From Lytechinus pictus (taxonomy: Eukaryota), in assembly GCF_037042905.1 (NCBI RefSeq), contig NC_087246.1, positions 31,248,001 to 31,312,000 on the forward strand: 64,000 nucleotides of DNA, written 5' to 3'. A program made the translations under genes and the position numbers. Below are positions 27,201 to 38,257 of the stretch, piece by piece (position 1 is the first letter of the stretch; each line of letters starts with the position of its first letter). Under the pieces are notes generated by a model that saw only the letters and a program-made list of their open reading frames with translations, searched no databases and had not been told where the DNA came from.

Positions 27201-30200
27201 TGAACCGCGGTTCAAAACTTGCATTAAAATAGATGCTCATAAATTCGCTCTCGCCGATCTTGCCGCTAAATCCGCAAAAATTTCCACTTTTACAGTACTT
27301 CTCCAAAACCCCTTCTTTCGTGTTCTTTTTCTTCTTCCGGTTGGAACTTGGATTCGAACCTCTCGCTGCAGAACGAGGCATCTCCAGTCTGTTGTCTTAC
27401 TCACTGAGCTAGCAGGAATTGAAAGCTATGCCTATAGTATGGGTTTCATAACGATTATCAACCAATATTACGACTAGTCTACTCTCCAAGAGTATTGAGT
27501 ATTTATTTTTCTGATTAAATAAACCAATGCCATTGGGAATTACAAACACTCAAGATTTTGACGGAATAAAACCATATTTTGTTATGTATCCAACTTTTCC
27601 TTCCTAAATCTCTTGTTAAATAATTATTGATAAACCTTCTCCATATTTTTTTCAATTTTAGTGTAGGGGACATATGTAGCCAGGAGGCTCCTATACAGTG
27701 CGTATCAAAAACAAGTTTACACTTTGAAAAAGCCCTGGGAATTAAAAAATATACAACATGTGGGTATTTTTTTCACATATAATCTTAGGTTTGGGTCTCA
27801 TCTATCCAATGAAAGTAAAAGTTTTGACAGAATGTTACACTTGAGTGAGCATTGTCCATTTTTGTAAAGCTCGCAGAAATCTGTTTGCGCAGAAATGCTT
27901 GTTTTCACGCTGTGTCAAGGGGAAGGGCGAAATCAAATTTAACCTTCGAAACATTTCTCATACATTTCCCTTGCACTTTAAGTCAATTGAAATAAAACAG
28001 ATACATTCAAGCATTTTGTAACAATTTTGCCACCCAAATTGAAATTTCAACACATAGTAAGCACAACCTTTACCCTTCTTGTGACAGCTGGATCTGGGGA
28101 CATAACTAAATCTGAACAAAAGTTTATATCAGACATTTCCAGCATTTTTTCATTTTTTATCATTTAAAGTGGGTTTACATTTCATTTTTTATTTAATACT
28201 TGTTTCTCCACATCTTTTCCAAGCTTGACAATGATTAACAAAATGAAAATCAAGCCTAAGCCATTTCATGTAAATCACAGCTCAATGTAAAGCAAATATC
28301 GTCAAGATGGCCTCGGTGTGTGGGGGAGTGGGGTGGGGCGCAATGCACTCTTCGAAGTGTTTTGGGCAAGGAAACAAGTTAAAAAGGTAAAAGATATCTT
28401 CAAATCAATTTTACTAGCTAAATTCAACGTGTTCTTCATTATTAAGGTCTACTTTTAATCGCATAACTATTTCAAAGTTCTGCGCAAATCATTTTTCACT
28501 AACTTTACAAAAGTAAGTGGTGCTCACTCAAGCGGAAATATTTTTCGACAGTTATATCGTCATTTGCTTAAATGGATCTGTACCAATGTTAAAATGTGGA
28601 AAAATCTTCAGGATATTACAAATGTATAATTTTACAGGATTTTTTCTAAGTGTAAACTTTTTTTGATACGCACTGTAGAGTAAAAATCATTTTCTATAAA
28701 CGTATGCTTACTCTCATCAGAGCAAGGAATTGCTTCCCATTCATCTACACACACTGCCAAAAAACCTGAAACTTTCGCCCCCAAGATTTCTACTTTCCTT
28801 CTAATAGATCTAGCCCTAAATCATGTACATGGGTAGACAGGAATAACCATCGTTTCTGGGGATTTATTTAACAATTTCTGACATTTTACTATCATCCCCA
28901 TTCACCGATGGTAGTGTGTTAGTGCGAGCCTGCATGTGTAATCAGGACCACCAATTCGGGCGACCGGGTTTTGTCTTGATTTTTTTTAATTTTTTTATTC
29001 TAAATGACATATTATCTTGAACGAAGGCCAACTATTTTCGTTAGACTCTAATCTTTCTTTTGATACTATACAAATTGCAAGAAAATGTCGAAAATATACG
29101 TTACCAATGATTTATTCCTTAAATTCTTAATTTTTCTGCCGGAGAGGAAAAAATGGCAGCCGTGTGTTGCTGCCCTCTACGTTCAACGAGTTATGCTTTT
29201 ATCAAGGCTTTCCGATTAGAATTTTTGATATCCTGGCCAATCAATGCGAGCGACAAGTTCCAAACGCACGCACATCTACAAGCGCAAAGCAGCGGCACAA
29301 ATCGCGATATATAGCGACTGGTAAATATGTCTGTAAGGATGATGACGTCATCCAAGATGGCAACTTACGTTGACCAACGAAAGGATCAAAGATGACTGTT
29401 TTCATCATTTGAAAGGAATTAGCGGTAACTCCGATCTAAGGTACAATCTTTCTTAATTCTATATATTTTTCGTAAATTTTATGTAATTTCTTTTTTATAA
29501 TTTATAATTTTATAATTCTAATTTATAATGTGACATTTTATGTACTAAAAACGATCCGGGTATAAGCCGAATGTTAGATCTAAAGTTACTGCTAATACGT
29601 TGGCTGTACGTACGGGCCTCCAGCTCTTCAGTCTATGTATTGGTGAGTGGAGCCAACGCAGTTCAGCGTAACAACCAAAATACAGAGACAGAAGCTTTTG
29701 GTCTAGTACATGGGATACAACTTCATTTCCGACATTTCTACGACATTGATTTCATTTTTAAACAAGAATTCATTAAACAACAAGAAGAAAGTTGTGAAAA
29801 TGTTATGCAACATCACTCGATAATTTTAAATACAAGAAATTAATTCTAAAACACTGATGTGCAATTCATATGTACTACAGTACATAACCGGAGAGTTTTA
29901 ATTGTTAAAGAAATTGTATCCCAAACCCCGATATGCAGTCTCGTGTACATTTTACATACCATTTTGTTCAAATACACTTCGATCCAAACATTGTTTTTAT
30001 CAGGTTTATAGTACCTACATCTTTGTTGTAATTTGTTACAATTTATTATGTATCATTTTTTTATATTTATAATTCAGTTTGGTTTATAAATACATGACAC
30101 ACTATTTTTATGTACTCTCACACTTATGTAAATTATACCACTTTTTTATTTCTATCAAGTGTTCAACTTATAAACAGGGTGCGACACTAGCGCCGGTCTG

Positions 30201-33200
30201 ACGGTCCCGACCGGTAAAACTCGCTGTCGGGCCGGTAGATTTTTCAGAATAGCAAGATTTACTGGTCGGACATGACCAGTAAAAAATATCATTGTCTGAT
30301 TGTCAGGCCAGTAATTTTCCCCAAAATAGCAAGATTTATGGGTCAGACATGACCAGTAATAAAAACCATTGTTGGGCCAGTAACTTTTCCAGAAATGGTC
30401 AAATTCACTGGTCCAACATAAACATAAAAAATATTCCATGACTCAAATTGCAAACCATTTTTATCCCGCTAATTTCTGTCATTCACACACAGAATAAATC
30501 GATGTACTGTAATTTGTACTAGGGTAACATACAGTGTACATGTAGCCAGCCACACAGCCCACATGATAAATTTTCTACTGGCTGCACGAACGTAGCTTGG
30601 CTAACCTCTGGCAGAAATCTCTCACAGAACTGTCAAAATTCACAGTTCACACTCATGAAAAGCTCTTATAATGTCCATATTTCCTAAAAATTGGGGTAAC
30701 TCTGTCATTTGTAAGCAGTAAAAGGAGAAATTTTCACTTCTGTTTTAGTTCAAACAGATCAGGTTTCGAGTGATATCGGCTAAATACATGATAACCCCAC
30801 AAATGCATTTATATGTGTGTTGATACACTTGGCTTCTGACTTTCTTTCGTAGCTATATTTTAATTGAGCCAAAAAAAAACTGATAATTTATTTATGATGA
30901 AAGTTTTAGCTTTCTTCCTCTGTTTTCTGTCCTTCTTTCTTTTCAATATTTCTTTGTTTCTTCCCTCTCTTCTTTCATTTTTTTGTTACTGTCTTTCTTT
31001 TTTAATTTTCTTTATTTCATTCTTTCATTCTTTCTATCCTTTTAAAAAACATTTTTCTCTATTTCTCTTTCTTTCTTTTTTTTTGGATTTCTTTCTTTTT
31101 TAAATTCTTGAGTCCATCCATATTTATCTCTTCTTTCTTTCTTCCTTTTTTCTTTCCTTCCTTCTTTTTACCCTTACCTTCCTTCATTCTTTGTTACTTT
31201 CTTTGTTTCTTTCTTCCTTCCATCCATCCTTTCTTTACCCTTTCTTGTTTTTTATTTCTTCCTTCTTTCAGCCCTTTCTCTTTCTTTCATTCATTCCTTT
31301 CTTCTTTCTGTCTTTTGTTCTTTCTTTTTTCCCTTCGTTCAATCTATCCTTTTACATTTTCTTTCTTTTTTTTACTGTTTGCTTCCTTTCTTTTTTTCAT
31401 TCTTTCTTTCTTTCATTCCTTACTTTCTTTGTCTCTCAGTCTTTCTTTTTCTTCCTTTCATCTATTCTTTTACATTTTCTTTGTTTTTTATATTGCTTGC
31501 TTCCTTCCCTTCACTCTTTTTTCCTTCTATCATTTTACCTTTTCTTTCCTTTCTTCCTTCTTTCAATCCTTCCTCTCTTTCTTTCTTTTTCCTCCTTTCC
31601 ATCTCTCCTTTTACCCTTTCTTTTTTTTATTGCTTCTTCTTTCTTTCATTCACTACTTTGTCTTTTGGTCTTTCTTTCTTTATTGCTTGCTTCATTTCTT
31701 TCCTTCATTCCTTTATTTCTTTTGTTCTTTCTTTATTTTTGTTCTCCCTTCCTTCTTTCCTTTCCTTCTTTAGTTCTTTCTTTTTTCCCTTCCATCACAG
31801 CTATCCTTCCTTTACCTTTTCTTTTTTCTTCCTTCCTTTCTTTTATTCTTTCTTTCTGTCTTGCTTTCTTTTGTCTTTCATTCCTTCATTTTTTCTTGGG
31901 GGGGGGGGGTAACAAGAAAGGACAGCAAAATAAACTCGCGCCTTTTTAAAATGTTTTCTTTATTTTGGGGGACCAGTAGATCTTTGGTTTGGACCAGCAA
32001 AAAATTGAAAAAATCTACTGGTCCGACATGAATAGATTGGACCAGTAGAAAAAATGGTTAGTGTGGAGCCCTGTTATAAATATATTTTATTATCCTGATT
32101 TTTATCAATTTTTATTTAGTTCTGTAACCATTAATTCATACACTTCGTCTCCGAATTGTGTACTTTAATTCGTTGATAATTACTTCAATTTAATCACATT
32201 TACATATTGTTAATTTTCTTGTATGGCATTGTTTCACTTCATTTAAAGAAGAATGAAACTCTTGGAGCAAGTTAGCTTTTGTGAAAGCAGAAAAATCAAA
32301 GAATAAGATCAACAAAACTTTGAGTAAAATAGGACTAGCAATAAAAGAGTTATGAGCATTTGAATGTCGAGATCACTAATGCTATGGAGATCCTCCCATT
32401 GGCAATGCGACCAAGATCTGTGATGTCACACACGTACAACTCTCCCATTTGGACACTGAAAATATACCCCAAAACATCTCTTTTTGCTCATTCTAATCAT
32501 ATGACAAACGATTCATCAATGATATAATGTTGTGAAACCTCTGTACTTGTCATCTCATAAAGAGAACACCTCACCTTGTGATAGACTCTATAAAAGTGAG
32601 AATATAAGTGAAATAAGTACTAAAGTAATGAGGGAGTTGTACGTGTGTGATATCACAGATCTTGGTCGCATTGCCGTTGGGAGGATCTACATGGCACTAG
32701 TGATCTCAATATTCGAATGCTCATAACTTTCTTATTATTCATTCAATCTTCCTCAAACTTTCAACAATATGTTTCTTTGATTTTTCTCTTTGATATGGAT
32801 TCAGCTGGTTTCAAGGGTTTCATTCTCCTTTAAGCACAAATTTTCAGATATTACTTTGATTTTTATCTCATTTTAAATATATTATTGATTTACATGTATT
32901 AACGTTTTTAATGTCAGTACCATGATGTAAAACAGTTTTTTAACTGATCCTGTCATCCTGAATAAATATATTTGAATAAATAAATAAATAAAGACGGGAA
33001 AAACTTGCCGTGTTTACGTCCCCATCTTGATTTCATTGTCTTTCGCTTGGCGACAGCACGCAAACCGCGCGCTTTGAATGGGGATTATAGTGACATGTCA
33101 GAAATTGTTAAGGAAATCCCCAGAAACGACGGTTATTCCTGTCTAACGTTAGGCTAATCTGACTCTGTGCAGTGGCCAGTGTAGACCAAAAGCTTCGGTC

Positions 33201-33855
33201 TCTGTTATGTTGGTTGTTCAGCTGAACTCCGTTGGCTTCACTCACCAAATACAGAGACCGAAGTTCTAGCGCGATCTGTACAGGGGACTCAATGGCAATA
33301 TGTTTATGTACTTAAGATCGGATAAAACGGGGAAGTGAATTTGCGCGACAGCCGAGGTAAGTCACTGTTTTTGTTCCTTTTAACTTGATTTTTCACCGTT
33401 TTTTGGCAATTAATGCCAAGAGGGAATATTAATTTGCATTTTGGTCGCGTTAATTTTCAAAATTTTTATTCATTAAAGACAAAAATTGAAGAGCCCCGAC
33501 GGGGGGATTTTGCATTGCAAGTCCCCTAATGGTGGCTGCACGCTAGCGAGCCGTCTGTGTACGAGGAGAAAAAAAAAAAAAAAAAAAGTTAAAAAACTCC
33601 TCGAAACAGACGGCTGCCAGCTGTCTATGGCCAGTGCAGCAAGCGCGCGCTCCACACCACTAGCTACCAGCTGAGCTCGGACTCTGGGAGGACCAGCGGC
33701 CTGGGATTGTGCAATGAAAGGTCGAAAACGAGGGGGTCGGGACACGCGTACCGTACTTGAACGGTTTTTGTTCCACAAAGGATAAACAAAACAACCAAAA
33801 ATACTTACCGAACTGGTGAAACGGACCTTCCACGACTTCTTCCTCCTCGTGGCAT
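21252..33855 (-). CDS. CHCHD2: Mitochondrial twin-CX9C protein CHCHD2/CHCHD10 homolog, 138 aa
   Basis: Exons 33855-33809, 24582-24426, 23221-23020 and 21262-21252 (417 nt): [26 protein letters not shown]...[34 protein letters not shown]...[12 protein letters not shown]...[19 protein letters not shown]; the ANGLA C-terminus matches human CHCHD2. Confidence 0.95.
26560..27295. mobile_element. TA-flanked MITE (Tc1/mariner-pogo-like)
   Basis: TA|CTGTAAA....ATTTTCGCGG ... CCGCAAAAATTTCCACTTTTACAG|TA. Confidence 0.55.
27339..27417 (-). pseudogene. Degenerate tRNA-like sequence / SINE head
   Basis: A-box-like TAGCTCAGTGAGTAAGA and B box GGTTCGAATCC; acceptor and T stems pair poorly, so not a functional tRNA. 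Confidence 0.5.
27696..28675. mobile_element. Tc1/mariner-like non-autonomous element
   Basis: TA|CAGTGCGTATCAAAAA(C)AAGTTTACACTT TIR at both ends|TA; removing it restores repeat X. Confidence 0.85.
28834..29705. mobile_element. TAG...CTA element with 9-bp TSD (AcademH-like)
   Basis: GTACATGGG|TAGAC...GTCTA|GTACATGGG; the empty site (TCATGTACATGGGATAAAACTTC) is present in repeat X at ~62748-62770. Confidence 0.65.
30175..32073. mobile_element. hAT-like element containing a ~1-kb CT-rich low-complexity tract (30910-31897)
   Basis: CAGGGTGCGACACTA / TAGTGTGGAGCCCTG termini; TTATAAA flanks; internal ACTGGTC/GACCAGT repeats. Confidence 0.6.
32247..32829. mobile_element. Kolobok-like MITE family D
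   Basis: TTAA|AGAAGAATGAAACTCTTG ... CAAGGGTTTCATTCTCCT|TTAA; long internal inverted repeat. Confidence 0.8.
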
Positions 33856-33960
33856 CGTTGATTATGTGAACTGGTGACAAAAACCGTTAAATTTTGCGAG
33901 TTTTCCTCCCCAAGAGTTGGTGTCTCGTATCGTGAATTACATCAGCAGCCAAGTAACAAA

Positions 33961-33976
33961 CCAATGCGCATGCGCA
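33961..33976. promoter_or_regulatory. CCAAT overlapping a perfect NRF1-type palindrome upstream of CHCHD2
   Basis: CCAATGCGCATGCGCA ~110 bp upstream of the CHCHD2 ATG. Confidence 0.6.
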
Positions 33977-34544
33977 AATGTATCACGCTCTATTTTGATT
34001 ACGCAATATAAGCGGGACACTTGTTTTAAAATCGCAGTTGAGAGAAATGGAGAAATGTTGTTTGTTTAAAAGTGAATATACATGTATACGGCAATAGGCC
34101 TATAGTCGAAGAAATCAGTGAATGAAACCAAGGGGTACAGATTGCATGGGCTTTAATTGGGGCCATATGGACCCCGGCGGCGGAAGCATGATTTTTTTTT
34201 GGGGGGGGGGGAGGAGAGGAAGGCAAAATCCGGCAAAATATTTTCATCCACGTTTTCCCCAGTCGGCTGCAAAAAGCTTTTTTTTTTTTTAATTTAGGGG
34301 GTAGTCCCCGAACTAAAGTCTGAAGTAAGTATACACCTGAGTTTTTGTTTTGTTTTACAAACAAGGTTAGATATCTAGTAAGGCGGGCGTGTATCCAGGA
34401 TTTTTTTGTGTCCAGATTTTTTTTTTTTACAAAAAACCCTAATAAGGCAGGCGTGTATATATCTAGGATTTTGTAACTGGGGCCCCGACCTGATTTAGGT
34501 GCCCCTGTGTACTTTTCGAAAAATGGAGCCCCCATGAACGTGAA

Positions 34545-35480
34545 TCATGAACAGGATGGGATCTAAATAAACATTTTATGCTGAAAAGTTTTGATATTCC
34601 GACACAAAACTGGACATTCCAGGTACTTTTTTCTAAACCATGAACAGGATGTGTATCTATCTAAACAACCGATGTAGGGCGAAAATGTTTATATTCTGAT
34701 CGACCTAAAATTTTGGTATTAAATTTTGGTAATCATGAGCAGCTGAAAGTTTTTTTTATATCCCGACTCAAAAGTTATGATTCTAGTACTTTTATTTACC
34801 CTGAACAGGATGAGTATCTAAACAGTTGATGCGAGTGCGATGCGCGAGCTGAAAAATATTGATATTCAGACCTAAAATTTGTGATTCTAAGCACTTTGTG
34901 ACCCTAAACAGAATGGGTATCTATCTCAACAATTATTGATGCGAGCGCGAAGCGTGAGCTGAAAAATATTGACATTCAAATATTGACATTCAGACCTAAA
35001 ATTTGGATATTCTAAGCACTTTCAGTAATCATGAAAAGGATTTGCATCTATAAACAATTGATGCGAGCAGGAAGCGCGAAATTAATATTTTTTTTATATT
35101 CTGACCTAAAATTTTGACATTCTTAAGCAATTTTGATAATCATGATAAGGATGGGTATCTATCTAAGCATTATTGATGCGAAGCACGAGGAGAAAGATTT
35201 TTATATTCCTGACCTAAAATTTTGACTAAGCATCTTTCGTAATCATGAACAGGAAGGGTATCTCATAAAATATTTTATGCGAGCGTAAAGCTCGAGCTGA
35301 AAATTGTTGACCTTCTCAGCACTTTTACTAATTTAGTATTAGTAATCATCATGAACAGGATATGTATCTCACTAAACGTTTTATTCGAGTGCGAGGAGCG
35401 AGATAAATACAAGTGATATACTGACCTGAAAAGGGAATACTAAATCAATTACTGTTTGCTGTAAATCATGAAAAGAATGC
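34545..35480. repeat. Diverged ~120-bp tandem repeat array
   Basis: Recurrent ATCATGAACAGGATG..TATCT / GATGCGAGCGCGAAGCGCGAGCTGAAAA / GACCTAAAATTT units; the motif resumes at ~37460. Confidence 0.7.
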
Positions 35481-35494
35481 CTATTTTCTTGATA

Positions 35495-37317
35495 CCCAGG
35501 ACCAAAATCCAATTGAAACCAGTTGGATTTCCAACTGGTTTCAATTGGTTTCAATTGGTTTCAACTGGTTTCAATTGGTTTTAACTGGAATTTAACAATT
35601 TCCAGTTGAAACCAATTGAAACCAGTTGGGCAACTGGAAATCCTAACTGGAACCAGTTGGGTAACTGGAAATGACTTCCAATTGGGAATGATTTCTAACT
35701 GGAACCAGTTGAGTAACTGGAAATCCCAACTGGAACCAGTTGGGCAACTGGAAATCCTAACTGGAACCAGTTGGGTAACTGGAAATGACTTCCAATTGGA
35801 AATGATTTCTTACTGGAACCAGTTGAGTAACTGGAAATCCCAACTGGAACCAGTTGGGCAACTGGAAATCCTAACTGGAACCAGTTGGGTAACTGGAAAT
35901 GACTTCCAATTGGAAATGATTTCTAACTGGAACCAGTTGGGCAACTGGAAATCCTAACTGGAACCAGTTGGGTAACTGGAAATGACTTCCAACTGGAAAT
36001 GATTTCTAACTGGAACCAGTTGAGTAACTGGAAATCCCAACTGGAACCAGTTGGGCAACTGGAAATCCTAACTGGAACCAGTTGGGTAACTGGAAATGAC
36101 TTCCAATTGGAAATGATTTCTTACTGGAACCAGTTGAGTAACTGGAAATCCCAACTGGAACCAGTTGGGCAACTGGAAATCCTAACTGGAACCAGTTGGG
36201 TAACTGGAAATGACTTCCAATTGGAAATGATTTCTAACTGGAACCAGTTGGGCAACTGGAAATCCTAACTGGAACCAGTTGGGTAACTGGAAATGACTTC
36301 CAACTGGAAATGATTTCTAACTGGAACCAGTTGGGTAACTGGAAATCCTAACTTGAACCATTCAGTTGTGTAACTGGAAATCCTAACTGGTACCAATTGG
36401 GTAACTGAGATGACTTCTAACTGGAAAGATGGGTAACTGGAAATGAATTCTAATTGGAACCAGTTGGGTAACTGGAAATTATTTCCAATTGGTTTCCAAT
36501 TGGAAATTTTCCAGTTACCCAACTGGATCCAATTGAAACCAGTTAATTTGCATATTATTTGCCAGTGTGCACATATTAATGTTTTATGAGATTAATCATC
36601 ATTAACAATGTATCTATTTAATTCTTTACAATTTCAAGTACCACACTTTTTAAAGATTAGTATTTAGAATACTTAGCAGTGAAAACCATGTTCATAAATG
36701 TTATAGATTATAATTAAAACAGATTAAAGGATAATTAGTACACCACTAACTGTTACCAAATTACATCAAATAAAAGTACATATATTTGAAGATCTTCCAT
36801 ATAAATATATATACATGAAAGTCTGTATTTTATCAATGCCCTTTACATTGGTATTAATAGACATATAACACTGCTTCTGTGTTGGCATGAGAAATAGTTA
36901 CTGCAAATGCTAATTAATTTGTAACTAATTAAGTTCGTTCCAACTGGAAGGTCCAATTGGATCCAGTTGGAAACCAATTGGTTTCAACTGGTTCCAGTTG
37001 AAACCAGTTGCCTCCAATTGGTTTCAACTGGAACCAATTGAAACCAGTTGCCTCCAATTGGATTCAATTGGTTTTAATAGGGAAATTGGAACAACTGGAA
37101 CCAATTGACAACAATTGCCAACTGGTTCCAGTTGCCCAATTGGTTTTAACTGGAACCAATTGGCAACTGGTTTTCAATTGGTTTTTAACTGGAACCAATT
37201 GGCAACAACTGGTTTTCAATTGGAACCAGTTGTTCCAATTTCCCTATTGAAACCAGTTGGCCAACTGGTTTCAATTGGTTTTGCCCTAATTGGTTTTAAC
37301 TGGATTTTGGTCCTGGG
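35495..37317. mobile_element. CCC-terminated DNA element (EnSpm-like) carrying minisatellite arrays
   Basis: TA|CCCAGGACCAAAATCCA ... TGGATTTTGGTCCTGGG|TA; 114-bp higher-order repeat (31+52+31) at ~35616-36350. Confidence 0.8.
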
Positions 37318-37924
37318 TATTCAGTACTTTTTTGGTAAGAATGACCAAAATGCAATGAAAACTCGAATAACAAGCAAAATAATTTGTGAATACTGACTTT
37401 AAAATGGGATATTCAAAGCTCCTCGTGTTATCCTCGTGAATAGCTAGATTACCTCCCTTACAGGGAATGCAAGCGCGAAGCGCGAGCGAAATTTTCATTT
37501 TTATGTAATGACCAGATTTTTTCATTTTCCAATTATTTACCTCCCCTTATGTTATTCACATTTCTTTTTCTTATTATCTTGCACTACTTTTTTCTTCTCC
37601 TTCCTTTTTTCTTCTTCGCGTAGCGCGAAGCACGCGGCGGGTGGGGTTCCAGAGAGCAAAGCCATGGGCAGCTTTAGAATTCTGATATTTCCAGAGGGCA
37701 TTTTCAAAAAAAAAATATTTGAAATCAACATCCTAAAATGGTCAAGTTAATATCATAACATTTTTTGTTTAAAGAGGCATCAACCAATAACCGTTACCGT
37801 GTTTTTTTTTAATAAAATATATATATATATATATATACGAGGAAAAAAAATGAGCAAAAATGAGCAAAAATGTAGTATCCAAAGCGGAAAGTTGCTCATG
37901 TGTGATATCATCAAACAATAGGGG

Positions 37925-38257
37925 CACTAGCGTACCTACTGGGGGGGGGGGGGGCAGGGGGGCACTCTGCCCCCCCCTGACGAGCCACAACCCATACAAA
38001 AGACATATACCTGCCCCCCCTGACGAGCTTAAATACCTTTTTTGCCCCCCCCCCCTGACGAGCTTGAAGACCTTTATTGCCCCCCCCCCCCTGACGACCT
38101 TTTTTTTTTTTTTTTTTTGCTTGTCAATTTTTTTTCTGGTACGAAAACCTTTATTTTGTAATTGAAGACTTTTTTTTTTTTTTTTTTTTTTGCTTGTCAA
38201 ATTTTTTGGCGGCCGATTTAGCCCCCCCCCCTGTGGAAAATCCTAGGTACGTCACTG
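37925..38257. mobile_element. hAT-like MITE
   Basis: Perfect 8-bp TSD AATAGGGG; termini CACTAGCGTACCTA / TAGGTACGTCACTG. Confidence 0.75.

Noticed and set aside
27154-27381. [11 protein letters not shown]... as CHCHD2 exon 1
   Set aside because: No suitable donor and it overlaps the tRNA-like relic; the exon at 33855-33809 (MPRGGRSR..., GTAAGT, correct phase) fits much better.
30864-31949. Long F/S/L-rich ORFs (also 41647-42631)
   Set aside because: Artefacts of stop-poor CT/GA low-complexity tracts; only 41613-41674 is a real exon.
34545-36350. Regular repeats as a CRISPR array or repeat protein
   Set aside because: Eukaryotic context, no unique spacers, no cas genes; ORFs are translations of a minisatellite.
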